A stretch of DNA of 31,345 bases from Candidatus Hadarchaeales archaeon (GTDB lineage: Archaea > Hadarchaeota > Hadarchaeia > Hadarchaeales > JAWBSP01): contig JAWBSP010000014.1 of the NCBI GenBank assembly GCA_038842485.1, forward strand, positions 1 through 31,345. Direction: 5' to 3'. The notes below the pieces were generated by a model that saw nothing but the letters and a program-made list of their open reading frames with translations, was not told where the DNA came from and did not search any database. Positions 1 to 9,103 of this stretch are shown here, one piece after another. Position 1 is the stretch's first letter; each line of letters opens with the position of its first letter. Both the position numbers and the translations under genes were made by a program.

Positions 1-1041
1 GAGGAAGCGAGGCTCCTGCAGTGTGCCGCCCTACTTCACGATATCGGACACCCTCCCTTTTCACACACCCTGGAGTTTCAAATGCTTGACCACACAGGGA
101 AAACCCACGAGCAGGTGGCCCTGGAGCTGATAGAGGGGGAAATAACGCTAGCTTCCAACCTTCCCACCTGCGGGGGGGTCCTACGGAAGGAGGGCATCGA
201 CCCAGCCATGGTCTGCGATTTGATTTCAGGGTCACACCCGAAGAGCTACCTATCCCAGCTCCTCCACGGGGAGATAGATGTGGACCAGATGGACTACTTG
301 CTCAGGGATTCCCACTTCACGGGGGTCGCCCTCGGCATGATAGATCTCCCACGCCTTCGTAGGGTTCTTCGGATCTCCCGTGGCAGGCTCGTGGTGGAGG
401 AGGATGGGATTGAAGCGGTGGAGGGATTCCTAACGGCTCGCAACCTGATGTACTCCTCCGTTTACTTCCATCGGACGGTGAGGATAGCTGAACTCATGCT
501 GGCGAATGCGGTTGAGCTGCTTGTGAGAGAGGGGACGAATCCCTACCTCCTGACGGAGTGGCAGCTCTTTTCCAAACTGGAGGCCTTGGGGGGACATGCA
601 AGCGAGATGGTGAGGAGGGCATGCTATCGAGAACTCTTCAAACCCGTTTACCTCGTGGAGCGCAAGAAGCTGAGCAGGAAGCTGCTGAGCAAGATTAAGA
701 GGATGTTCGGGAGATGGAGCAGGATTCTGGAGGTGCAGAGAGAACTCTGCGAGCTCGCAAGGGTGCCAGAGGGAAGCGTGATTTTGGATGTTCCACTGGT
801 TGAGCTGCTGGTTTCGGAGCCGAGGATAGGAAGGGTGGAAATCTCCGTGCTTAAGGGTGGGAAGACGGTCCCCCTCTCCAAGCTCTCGCCCCTCGCCTCG
901 GCGCTGAGGGAACGACAGGTCCCGCGCTACCTGATGCAAGTGGCGGCTCCTCCGGAGTACTCCAGAAGGGTCAGGAAGGCCACCGCCGAACTCTTAGGCT
1001 GGCTGGGAGAGAATTCTCTTTCCGCTGCTCGTGGGTTTTAG
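1..1041 (+). CDS. HD-domain phosphohydrolase (SAMHD1/dNTPase-like, COG1078 type), 5'-truncated by the window
   Basis: The frame is open from base 1 (AALLHDIGHPPFSH), with DVDQMDYLLRDS and VYFHRTVR motifs typical of HD dNTP triphosphohydrolase-like proteins. Confidence 0.85.
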   Translation, partial: EEARLLQCAALLHDIGHPPFSHTLEFQMLDHTGKTHEQVALELIEGEITLASNLPTCGGVLRKEGIDPAMVCDLISGSHPKSYLSQLLHGEIDVDQMDYLLRDSHFTGVALGMIDLPRLRRVLRISRGRLVVEEDGIEAVEGFLTARNLMYSSVYFHRTVRIAELMLANAVELLVREGTNPYLLTEWQLFSKLEALGGHASEMVRRACYRELFKPVYLVERKKLSRKLLSKIKRMFGRWSRILEVQRELCELARVPEGSVILDVPLVELLVSEPRIGRVEISVLKGGKTVPLSKLSPLASALRERQVPRYLMQVAAPPEYSRRVRKATAELLGWLGENSLSAARGF

Positions 1042-1560
1042 TGAGCCATCCAGATAGCCTAACAGCTGCAGTCTTCTTATCTGTCCCTTTACCACGGCAA
1101 GGGGCGCATCGACGGAAGATGAAACCTCCTCCACCTTGGCTCCCCATTCCAGCTCCCTGAGGATCATTCTGCCCAGCTCCCCAACCAGAATCTCGTCGGC
1201 GAGCCTCTGTTTGGTCAGTAGGTTTAGGGAGGGATAGGCATCAAAGATTCTACGAATCATCCCGGTTCCAAGCTCGCAACCGTACTTTTCCCTCAAGAGC
1301 TTTTCGCATGCTCCGGATCCGGCAATGGCAGTTCGGAGGCGATCCAGCTCTCTGACGAACTCGGCCAGCAGCCCCTCGCTCCTCCCCACCTTTCTGGACA
1401 GGTTCTCGGAGAGCATCTCGCTCATCTCGCTGAGGGCTCTCACCTCCTCCTCCAGCTCTTTCCTCCGTCTAGAGAGTTTGTGGGCTGTCACCCCTCTTTC
1501 CACCGCAACCACCGTGGCTACCAGCAGGCCTAAGCTCAACACCAAGGACAAAACGTCCAT
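994..1560 (-). CDS. Hypothetical protein: N-terminal TM anchor, coiled coil, possible C-terminal winged helix
   Basis: Likely ATG at 1560 (MDVLSLVLSLGLLVATVVAV). The C-terminal VKGQIRRLQLLGYLD..LKPTSSG resembles a wHTH (inference). Confidence 0.6.
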   Translation of the reverse strand: MDVLSLVLSLGLLVATVVAVERGVTAHKLSRRRKELEEEVRALSEMSEMLSENLSRKVGRSEGLLAEFVRELDRLRTAIAGSGACEKLLREKYGCELGTGMIRRIFDAYPSLNLLTKQRLADEILVGELGRMILRELEWGAKVEEVSSSVDAPLAVVKGQIRRLQLLGYLDGSLKPTSSGKRILSQPA

Positions 1561-1591
1561 CTTTTTTACACACAGACGCATAAAAAATGGG

Positions 1592-1665
1592 GCGGCAGTA
1601 GTCTAGCCTGGTTAGGACTCAGGCTTGCCGAGCCTGAAGCGCGGGTTCAAATCCCGCCTGCCGCA
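1592..1665 (+). tRNA. tRNA-Gly(GCC)
   Basis: Acceptor GCGGCAG/CTGCCGC, anticodon arm CAGGC-TTGCCGA-GCCTG, T arm GCGGG-TTCAAAT-CCCGC; CCA not encoded. Confidence 0.95.
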
Positions 1666-1765
1666 CTAGCTTGAAACCAGCAATTGAGTTGCGCCCTTGC
1701 TTAAAGCGATTTAAATCTCTTTACAACAGGAAAAAAACGAAAACTACTATTTTCCCAGAAGCTGC

Positions 1766-1825
1766 CTAGGCTTGGCAAGCAGGTGCTTCCTTCTTCTTTT
1801 CTTCCTTCTTCTTTTTCTTCTGCAT
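1766..1825 (-). CDS. Putative 19-aa small peptide MQKKKKKEEKKKEAPACQA
   Basis: ATG preceded by a perfect Shine-Dalgarno (SD) GGGGAGGTGA, complementary to the 16S 3' end in this window, and a TATA-like TTAAAA at about 1879-1884 on the minus strand. Confidence 0.45.
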   Translation of the reverse strand: MQKKKKKEEKKKEAPACQA

Positions 1826-2252
1826 TTTTCACCTCCCCTTTTCCCCTTTTTGGGGAATGTTTTTATCTGGGGGCCACCTTTTAAGGATTTCCTTCTCAGA
1901 TGGAAAACCCGCCAACCGGATCCAGAGCCATCCTATTTTCTTCCTGCAGCTAGCCGTTTTGAGGCGCGCTAACCTACCTACCAAGAACAAGTTTTTTCTT
2001 TGGCTCCTCTAAGGTGGTGATCCTATTTCGCTTGATCATCTCGATGGTTTCCGCCCCGTTTTCTTCCCTCCACGGCAGCCCTGAATTCCCTGGCGAAGTA
2101 AAAGAAGAAACGAGGGGAAAAGAAATCGAGAAATTTCCTCGCTTTTTTCTTCTTTTGCAGCATATTTCTCTCCGGCTTTGGGACACTTATGCTGAATTCT
2201 CGCGCCCCGCTATTTTATTCGCTACACATCTTTTATAGGGCAAATTGCAAAA

Positions 2253-2291
2253 TTAGTTCAATTTTTGGAACTAAAAATTTAAATATTGGTT
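2253..2291 (+). promoter_or_regulatory. Promoter/operator of ATPase gene 1: palindrome TTAGTTC-N8-GAACTAA plus TATA box TTTAAATA
   Basis: Perfect 7-bp inverted repeat at 2253-2259/2268-2274. TATA at 2278-2285, about 25 nt before the ATG (leaderless). Aligns with 12801-12839. Confidence 0.6.
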
Positions 2292-2302
2292 CAAATATAT
2301 TG

Positions 2303-3556
2303 ATGCTTTCTCAAATCCTGGAGCTCTCAAACGAATGGTGGCAGAAGGGGGATATCTCAGACAGAGCGAAACCCTACAGGAGGAGGATTTTCCAGGAACT
2401 GAAGGATCTCATGCAGTACCGACAGATGCTCGTCCTGACGGGATTGAGAAGGGTTGGGAAGAGCACCCTCATGTATCAGTTGATCCAGGAACTGATTAAA
2501 GAGGGGAACGATCCCAAAAAAATCCTTTATTTCAGCTTTGATGAGGCGGTTGAAGAACCATTAACCATTCTGAAGGAATACCAGAAATTGACCCAAGTCC
2601 GGTGGAAGGAGGAAAGGATTTTCGTGTTTTTCGATGAGGTCCACAAGCTGAAGAACTGGAGTTCGAAGCTGAAAATACTCTACGATAACCTACCCAACCT
2701 GAAGTTGGTCGTTTCGGGATCGGCAAGCCTCATGATCGAGAGAGAGGCCCTCGAAAATCTTGCCGGAAGGCATTTCCAGCGCGAGGTCAGGCCCCTCTCG
2801 CTCGGCGAATTTGCTGAGCTCTCGCTCGGAAGGAAGATCGAGAACCTTGAACTCTGGAGGGGTGAGCTCGAGTCCTTGTTTCCAAGGTACTTAGCGCGTC
2901 CCTTTCCCGAGATCGTCAACTGGGAGGACGAAAGAGAGGTCAGGGAGTATCTACGCGAGCTCGTGATCGAAAAAATCGTCAAGGTGGATCTGCCAGATCT
3001 TTTTCCCCGGGTTAGGACGGACCTGCTCCTCGCCCTGCTCAAGAATGTTGCGAGCGAGCCAGGAATGCTCTTGAACCTCTCCTCCCTTTCTAAGGACCTA
3101 GGAGTTCATAAGCTAACGCTGGAGGAGCACATACATTTCCTCGAGTTCGCCAAGCTTGTAAGGGTGGTGAGGAACTTCAGACCATCCGTCAGGGCCGAAT
3201 CAAGGAAGCTAAAGAAGGTTTATCCTTACCACGTGGCTCTCTGCTTCCCCTTCTACGCCAGCCCCAGCAAGGGGCAGGTATTCGAGACTCTCGTGGGTTC
3301 ATCCATGGATCTGAGAAATTATTGGAAACAAAACTTCAGGGAGGTTGATTTCGTGGAAAGGGACGGGGAGGTGATCCCGATCGAGGTTAAGGCCAAGACC
3401 GACCTAAGGAGGGAGGACTGGAAAAATCTTGTTTGGTTCATGGAGAGGTATGGGGCCAGGCGAGGGGTTCTTGTCTATGAGGGGCAGGAAAGGAGGAGCT
3501 TGGAGATAAACTCGAAGATTGTGGAACTGATTCCAATCGTGGATGTAATCTTCTGA
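2303..3556 (+). CDS. AAA_14/DUF4143 ATP-binding protein (ATPase-wHTH-PD-(D/E)XK-like)
   Basis: N-terminal NEWW, Walker A GLRRVGKST, Walker B FFDEVH, SGSAS, LAGR, and C-terminal EVDFV..IPIEVK. Start trimmed to ATG 2303. Confidence 0.9.
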   Translation: MLSQILELSNEWWQKGDISDRAKPYRRRIFQELKDLMQYRQMLVLTGLRRVGKSTLMYQLIQELIKEGNDPKKILYFSFDEAVEEPLTILKEYQKLTQVRWKEERIFVFFDEVHKLKNWSSKLKILYDNLPNLKLVVSGSASLMIEREALENLAGRHFQREVRPLSLGEFAELSLGRKIENLELWRGELESLFPRYLARPFPEIVNWEDEREVREYLRELVIEKIVKVDLPDLFPRVRTDLLLALLKNVASEPGMLLNLSSLSKDLGVHKLTLEEHIHFLEFAKLVRVVRNFRPSVRAESRKLKKVYPYHVALCFPFYASPSKGQVFETLVGSSMDLRNYWKQNFREVDFVERDGEVIPIEVKAKTDLRREDWKNLVWFMERYGARRGVLVYEGQERRSLEINSKIVELIPIVDVIF

Positions 3557-3628
3557 TCTTACGGGACCGCTGAGAGCCCGCCGATTTTTCCCTCTGGTAT
3601 GGATTTTAACGAGGAAAGCGAGCCTTAG

Positions 3629-3877
3629 ATGGATTGTAAGCATTGTCCGGTGGCGGTTGAGTGCGAGAAGGTCAATCAAGGGTGCGAGAGACAATTTTGC
3701 CTGATCTCATGGGCGATTGCTAGGACGGCGGCCGGCGCCATGGCCGATGTGCTGAGGGAGGAGATGTCACTGGGTGAGGAGTACTCCAATGCCATCAAGC
3801 CCTTCAAGAAAATCCTCCTGAGGATTCTCCAGCAGGTCAAGCCGGAGGGCGGCGGAAGGAGGAAGTCCTCAGGGTAG
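3629..3877 (+). CDS. Small Cys-rich hypothetical protein
   Basis: 82 aa with a CxxC-x5-C-x6-C-x4-C N-terminus; fills the intergenic gap. Confidence 0.5.
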   Translation: MDCKHCPVAVECEKVNQGCERQFCLISWAIARTAAGAMADVLREEMSLGEEYSNAIKPFKKILLRILQQVKPEGGGRRKSSG

Positions 3878-6800
3878 GAGGTTTTCGTTTTCTCATCATC
3901 TTCACTCCCACCGCTAGAAGGAGAAAGAGGAGAATCGCGCCCAACAGGATGGTGAAGGGAAACTCGCGCTCGAGCTTTCCTCGAACTTCTGGGGAGAGAT
4001 GTGGAGAGATGAGCTGTCTCGTTTCCGTGGGGAGGCAGCTCCAGACTTCTCTTGCCTCCTTTTCCGGTAGGGCGGCGAGGAGATCCTCGATCATACCGAA
4101 GTTCTCTTGAAGGACCAGTTCTCTGATCAGTTCTCCAATCCTCGCGGGGGGGAGAACCGAGAGGGCACGTGGGAGTTCGGCCCCAGTGTGCCGCAAGAGC
4201 CCCAACACCTCCGGATTTCTAAAGTTCTCCAGCAGGTTGAGGGGACCCGCCAACAGGATTCTCGCACAGAATGGGGGGTCGTTCTCGAGGAGGGCAGAAA
4301 GAAGGGTGAGCGCCTGAGGGGGGATGAGGGTCAGCGCCTCTCCTAGTTTCCCAGGGTCCATGTTCCTCGTCACCTCCAGCATCTTTTGTAGCTGGCTCAT
4401 CCCCAACCTTATGATCTCCGCCCGGTTTCTCACAGGCATCAGACCCAAGGTCCTCGCCGCGCTGGAGGGCTCGGAACGCAGGAGTCTCCAGAGGGCATTT
4501 TCAGGCGGAAGGTTTTCGAGCTCCACGACGGAAGGGGCGGGTGGAGGAAGGCTCACCACAAGATTCTCTCGGTAGGCGGCGGTCTTTCCGCCGTTATCCC
4601 TAACGATCAGCTCCACGAGGTATACGCCGGGCTGCGCGTACCGGTGGGTTGCCGTTGGTCCCTCTCCCGTGCAATTGTCACCAAAATCCCAGAGGTAGGA
4701 GACGAGGTAACCGTCTTCGTCGCTGCTGCCGCTCCCATCGAAATGTATTTCATCCCTGATATTGGGGTCGGGGGGGAAGAAGGAGAAGAGCGCTCTGGGC
4801 GGGAAGTTCAAGGGGAGGACCTCCACCCTGCGGGAGGTGCTCGAGCTGGCCCCTCTTTCATCCCAGACGGTCAGGGAAACGGTATAGACCCCCTCCACTT
4901 TATACGCGTGCGTGGGGTTTCTCGCCGAGGAGGAGGTGCCGTCCCCAAAGTCCCATAGCCAGCTTACAATCGCCCCATCCGGATCGTGAGAGGTATCGGT
5001 GAAGAGGATGTTCTCGTTTTCCCTGGGCTGGAGGGGTGAGAAATTGAAGGAGGCTGAGGGGGAACGGTTAAGAGTGGTGAAGGAACCGCGGTAGAAGGAG
5101 GGGTTCCCGGCGCGGTCGCGTACCGTGATGGTGTAGGTGTAGGTGGTGTTGGAGGAGAGGCCCGTGATTTCCACTCTGTGTTCGGTGCCGAGGGGAATTT
5201 GATAGCACCTGTTCGCAACCTCGAGCGTTCCCCAGGCTTTCTCGTCCGTTCTCCAAGTGATGGTGGCCGAGTAGTGCCCCAAGCTTACCGCTATGTTGAG
5301 GAGGGAGGGAGGAGTCCAGTCTGGGGGGATGGGCAGTTCCGGATCGCCCAGAAGGGACAGGCAGAGGAGGTTCTTTCTCCACCCTTCCTCTGTGAGGTCG
5401 TATCCATGTCTGCTGAAGGAGGCTATCGCCCCGTAAAGAGCCCTCCCCGGGTGGTAGGGATAGAGGGGATCCGTGAAAAAGTTCTCCCAGAAATCTGTGA
5501 GGAGTTCTCTTATCCCTCCGGCATCTTCCGTGACCCACATCGCCCTGTTGCCTCCGATGTAGATTACGGCCCCACGGGCAGGTGCTTTGAGCAGGTTTTC
5601 TCCGAGGGAGTCGGTGCCGATGTCAAAGGCCGCCGAGAAACAGGCAAAGGAAACCTGCAGGAAGCAGTCAGCGGTGAATAGGGATTCAGTGCTCTTGTCC
5701 TCGAAGGGTCTGAGCCCCCAACCCAGTCCCCCCCAGTAGTATATCCTGTCAGTGGACCCGTGCGAGTATGAGGTGATGTACACTGGTGAGAGCTCGTTTA
5801 CTGAGTTTAGGAACGTTTCAAAAGTAATGCTCGGAAAAACTTGGGGATCGAAGGACCAGACGGCGGTCGCGTCGGGTCGAAGGAGGGCGATGTTTTCAAA
5901 CCCACCAGCGGCCAGCAGGTTGCCATTTTCCGGGAGGGCGAGATCGTAAATCTTACCCGAAGCCCTAGTCCCGTCCACCCACTCCACCGTCCAGGTTCCC
6001 AGCGGCCTGTTCTCGTTGTCGAGGATGAAGGTACGCGCGGAGCGAACCTGATTGGCGGGGGGTACTAAAAGTACATAGGTGGCGACAATCTTTCCGTTTC
6101 CAGAGATGGCCGAGAGGGAGGGGGGACACTGGAACTGCACAGCCCAAAGGGGGACGTTCTCGTTCTCCCCGAAGTAGAGGAGCTTGTTGTCTGGCTCACC
6201 CGAGGTCGCCACTAAATACCCTCCTCCTGTTTCGAGCGAGAGGAGTCTGCCATTCAGCCGATGGCTCCATAGAATTTGGTTGTCGGAGGATCCGAACATG
6301 AGGATGCGGTTTTCGTCCCCAGCGACCACCCTCCCCGTGGTGGAGAGGGAGACCGTAAAGCTCCCGCTGTCCCGGTAAACCCACCTGGGAGTGTTTTCGC
6401 TGGTCTGCCAGAGCCCCACCCATCCTTCAGCCCCCGCGGCGAGCAGTTCACCGTTTTCGGAGAGATCCAGCGAGCGAAGTTCAGAATTCTCATAGGTCCA
6501 GAGGGTGTCTCCCCACCCGTCTAGGAGGATGATCCCGTTCTCCAAAAGCACCGCCACCCTTTGCCCGTCAGCAGAGATGCGGATGTTCACTATCGGTGTG
6601 CCTGTCCGTTTGACCCAGCGTGGCGAGTTGTCGAAGTTCTCGAAGAAGAAGAGATCCCCAGTGCTGGTTCCGGCAACCGAAAAATTCTCGTCCTTGGCCA
6701 GCGCCACGGCGACGACCTCGTTTTCGGCGTTAAAAATCAGTCTGGGCGTGTTGTCGGAGTTCTCGAACAGGTAGAACCTCCCTGACTGCCCGGTTCCGGC

Positions 6801-7631
6801 CGCGAGCAGGTTCCCGGAGCGGGAGAGGGAGACGGAGTAGCAAGTGGGGGAGAGGTCGTATAGAGGATGAACCGAGAGCCCATTTTTCATGGCCAGTCTC
6901 CTTACATTCTCCATGGTCCAGACCACTCCTTCGTCATCGATTCCCATGCTGTTTGTGCTCAGCCTTGCCCCAACCACGACGAAGTTGTTGGACGGGATGC
7001 GGTAGTTCATGGTTTTTTCGGCTATCGCGCGAACCTCCTCAACCGTCCTGACGGGCCACCTCCCCACGTACACCTCGGCTCCCCAGTCCGGAAACCTGAA
7101 TTTGTTCTCTCCAGAGGAATTCTCCCAATCGCCGTCCAGACCGGCGTAGTAGAGATCGGTGGGGGTCCAGTTGTCCGAGAGCCCAGTTTGCTCTGTCTCA
7201 TTAGGAGCTCCATCCGGATTCCAAACGTACCTCGTGGGCAGCTCCCAGTCCTTATCCAGCACGTAGTTGGGGAAGCTGTTGTCACGCGGACCGTCATCGT
7301 TGTCGGCATCCCCCACCAGCAGAATCCAGCGCACGGAGTGGTTTTCGTAGTAATCCAGAATACAGTTCCTCATCTTTTCCGGGATGTCCCTACCGGGATA
7401 CCTTTCTAGGATGCTTTCCAGCGTTACAACCGTTACCGAGTATCCCATTTTCCTCTTCCAGTTCGCGAAGTCCCCAAGTGCTTCTGAAAAGAGGTTTCTG
7501 GTGAGGATGAGGTAACCTTCAGTCCCCGAAAGCCTAAACTCCCCCAGAACTGCTGGTGCGCCCCATCCCTCCTGAGCTAAGGCTTGCAGGATGAATTGGA
7601 CTAAAAGAAGTGCCCCCGCCGCCCTCCGCAT
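3837..7631 (-). CDS. Secreted, membrane-anchored peptidase C25 (gingipain-like) with an inserted beta-propeller, FN3-like domain and two PKD domains
   Basis: Signal peptide; C25 motifs YLILT, ILLVGD, TDLYY, VYVGRWP, SHG, ACFS, LLGDPEL; WD40/PQQ-like blades; two WDFGD PKD motifs; C-terminal TM helix with basic tail. Confidence 0.85.
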   Translation of the reverse strand: MRRAAGALLLVQFILQALAQEGWGAPAVLGEFRLSGTEGYLILTRNLFSEALGDFANWKRKMGYSVTVVTLESILERYPGRDIPEKMRNCILDYYENHSVRWILLVGDADNDDGPRDNSFPNYVLDKDWELPTRYVWNPDGAPNETEQTGLSDNWTPTDLYYAGLDGDWENSSGENKFRFPDWGAEVYVGRWPVRTVEEVRAIAEKTMNYRIPSNNFVVVGARLSTNSMGIDDEGVVWTMENVRRLAMKNGLSVHPLYDLSPTCYSVSLSRSGNLLAAGTGQSGRFYLFENSDNTPRLIFNAENEVVAVALAKDENFSVAGTSTGDLFFFENFDNSPRWVKRTGTPIVNIRISADGQRVAVLLENGIILLDGWGDTLWTYENSELRSLDLSENGELLAAGAEGWVGLWQTSENTPRWVYRDSGSFTVSLSTTGRVVAGDENRILMFGSSDNQILWSHRLNGRLLSLETGGGYLVATSGEPDNKLLYFGENENVPLWAVQFQCPPSLSAISGNGKIVATYVLLVPPANQVRSARTFILDNENRPLGTWTVEWVDGTRASGKIYDLALPENGNLLAAGGFENIALLRPDATAVWSFDPQVFPSITFETFLNSVNELSPVYITSYSHGSTDRIYYWGGLGWGLRPFEDKSTESLFTADCFLQVSFACFSAAFDIGTDSLGENLLKAPARGAVIYIGGNRAMWVTEDAGGIRELLTDFWENFFTDPLYPYHPGRALYGAIASFSRHGYDLTEEGWRKNLLCLSLLGDPELPIPPDWTPPSLLNIAVSLGHYSATITWRTDEKAWGTLEVANRCYQIPLGTEHRVEITGLSSNTTYTYTITVRDRAGNPSFYRGSFTTLNRSPSASFNFSPLQPRENENILFTDTSHDPDGAIVSWLWDFGDGTSSSARNPTHAYKVEGVYTVSLTVWDERGASSSTSRRVEVLPLNFPPRALFSFFPPDPNIRDEIHFDGSGSSDEDGYLVSYLWDFGDNCTGEGPTATHRYAQPGVYLVELIVRDNGGKTAAYRENLVVSLPPPAPSVVELENLPPENALWRLLRSEPSSAARTLGLMPVRNRAEIIRLGMSQLQKMLEVTRNMDPGKLGEALTLIPPQALTLLSALLENDPPFCARILLAGPLNLLENFRNPEVLGLLRHTGAELPRALSVLPPARIGELIRELVLQENFGMIEDLLAALPEKEAREVWSCLPTETRQLISPHLSPEVRGKLEREFPFTILLGAILLFLLLAVGVKMMRKRKPPTLRTSSFRRPPA

Positions 7632-7638
7632 CAAAAAC

Positions 7639-8631
7639 TCACTCAGCTTTCTCTATACCAGCCCACTTGCGAAGCTCGCGACCCACCCGTTCAATGAGGT
7701 GTTCGGAGAGTTCCCTCTGCATGCGCTTAAGGTTGACCATTCCAGCCTCCTTCTCTTTTTTCCATTCCTCCGCGAAAACTCCACTCTGGATATCTTTCAG
7801 AATCTCCAGCATTCTCTTGCGCGCGGACTGGTCGATGACTTTCGGACCCTTGGTGAATCCACCATACTTTGCGGTGTTCGAGACGGCCGCGAACATCCCG
7901 CTCAGCCCGTGCTCGTAGATTAAATCGACGATCAGCTTCAGTTCGTTCAGGCATTCGAAGTAGGCCACCTCCGGTTGGTATCCGGCCTGCACGAGGGTCT
8001 CGAATCCCGCCTTGATGAGCTCGGTGACCCCACCCACCAGCACCACCTGTTCGCCAAAGAGATCCGTCTCCACCTCCTCCTTAAAGGTGGTTTCAACCAC
8101 GCCTATCCTCGTGAGCCCGACCCCCTTCGCCATCGCGAGGGCAGTCTCCTTCGCGTGGCCGCTGGCATCTTGGTAGACCGCCAGAATTCCCGGAGTTCCG
8201 GATCCCTGCTGGAACATCCGGCGCAGGATGGCACCGGGGGCTTTGGGGGCAATCATGATGACATCCACATCGGCGGGCGGGACGATCCACTTGAAATGTA
8301 TGTTGAACCCGTGGCTGAAGCAGAGGGTCTTCCCCCTCCTCATGTGCCGGGCTATGTGTTCCCTGTAGACATCCGCCTGTATCTCGTCTGGGATAAGCAT
8401 GTGGACAATATCTCCCCTTTCCGCCGCCTCGGAGATGCTCAAAACTTCAAACCCGTCCTTCCTTGCCTTCTCCGCGTACGCGTCTGGAGGGTTCCCTATG
8501 ATCACCCTCAAACCCGAGTCTCTGAGGTTGTTGGCCTGCGCTTGGCCTTGGTTTCCATACCCGATGATGGCAATCGTTTTTCCCTTCAGCACCGAGAGGT
8601 CGGCATCCTTGTCGAAGTAGAGTTTTGCCAT
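7639..8631 (-). CDS. ilvC: Ketol-acid reductoisomerase
   Basis: [38 protein letters not shown] and SNTAKYG motifs. Confidence 0.97.
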   Translation of the reverse strand: MAKLYFDKDADLSVLKGKTIAIIGYGNQGQAQANNLRDSGLRVIIGNPPDAYAEKARKDGFEVLSISEAAERGDIVHMLIPDEIQADVYREHIARHMRRGKTLCFSHGFNIHFKWIVPPADVDVIMIAPKAPGAILRRMFQQGSGTPGILAVYQDASGHAKETALAMAKGVGLTRIGVVETTFKEEVETDLFGEQVVLVGGVTELIKAGFETLVQAGYQPEVAYFECLNELKLIVDLIYEHGLSGMFAAVSNTAKYGGFTKGPKVIDQSARKRMLEILKDIQSGVFAEEWKKEKEAGMVNLKRMQRELSEHLIERVGRELRKWAGIEKAE

Positions 8632-8664
8632 CAATTTTTGCTCCCCTTCTTTAAAGCCTAAAAA

Positions 8665-8681
8665 GTTAGGTTTAACCTAAC
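8665..8681. promoter_or_regulatory. DtxR/IdeR-type operator palindrome GTTAGGTT-T-AACCTAAC
   Basis: Perfect 8-bp arms with TTAGG/CCTAA half-sites, lying between TATA TTTAAA (8650-8655) and the ATG of the DtxR gene. An extra CCTAA half-site is at 8657-8661. Confidence 0.75.
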
Positions 8682-8683
8682 AA

Positions 8684-9103
8684 ATGGAACTCACCGAGGT
8701 GGAGGCCAGATATCTGCTGTACATCTACAGGAGGCAAGAGGAGGAGGGCGAGAGAGTGGGTACCAGCTCGTTGGCCCAGCAGATGGGCGTCAAGCCTCCC
8801 ACCTCCAACGAGGTTCTCCGGCGGCTGGCTAGGAGGGGTCTTCTCCACTACACTCGCTATCTCGGGTTCAGGCTGACCCTGAAGGGGAGGAGGAAAGCCA
8901 GGGAACTGCTGAGGTGCCACAGGCTCCTGGAAACCCTCCTCTGCAGGATGCTGGGCTGCTCCTCCTCCGAGGCCTGCATGGAGGCGTCTAGATTGGACCT
9001 TCATCTCTCATCCAAGCTGGCCAGAATGATCTGCAGGGTTCTGGGCCATCCGCGAACCTGCCCGTGCGGCAAGCCCATCCAGGAGGAGGCGGGGTGCAGG
9101 TGA
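8684..9103 (+). CDS. DtxR/MntR-family metal-dependent transcriptional regulator
   Basis: YLLYIY, LAQQMGVKPPT HTH, LTLKG, HRLLE, and GHPRTCPCGKPI. Confidence 0.9.
   Translation: MELTEVEARYLLYIYRRQEEEGERVGTSSLAQQMGVKPPTSNEVLRRLARRGLLHYTRYLGFRLTLKGRRKARELLRCHRLLETLLCRMLGCSSSEACMEASRLDLHLSSKLARMICRVLGHPRTCPCGKPIQEEAGCR

Noticed and set aside
2189-2302. 38-aa N-terminal extension of ATPase 1 in the ORF track
   Set aside because: The region is the AT-rich promoter; the paralogue starts at the position equivalent to ATG 2303.
3557-3628. Possible attR for a tRNA-Gly island (CCCGCC)
   Set aside because: Only 6 bp match the tRNA 3' end, which is expected by chance.
4107-8661. Long antisense or alternate-frame ORFs over the C25 protease and ilvC (and similar ones over guaAB, GltS, thiDN, mtaB and gch3)
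   Set aside because: Shadow ORFs of GC-rich genes with no recognisable motifs.
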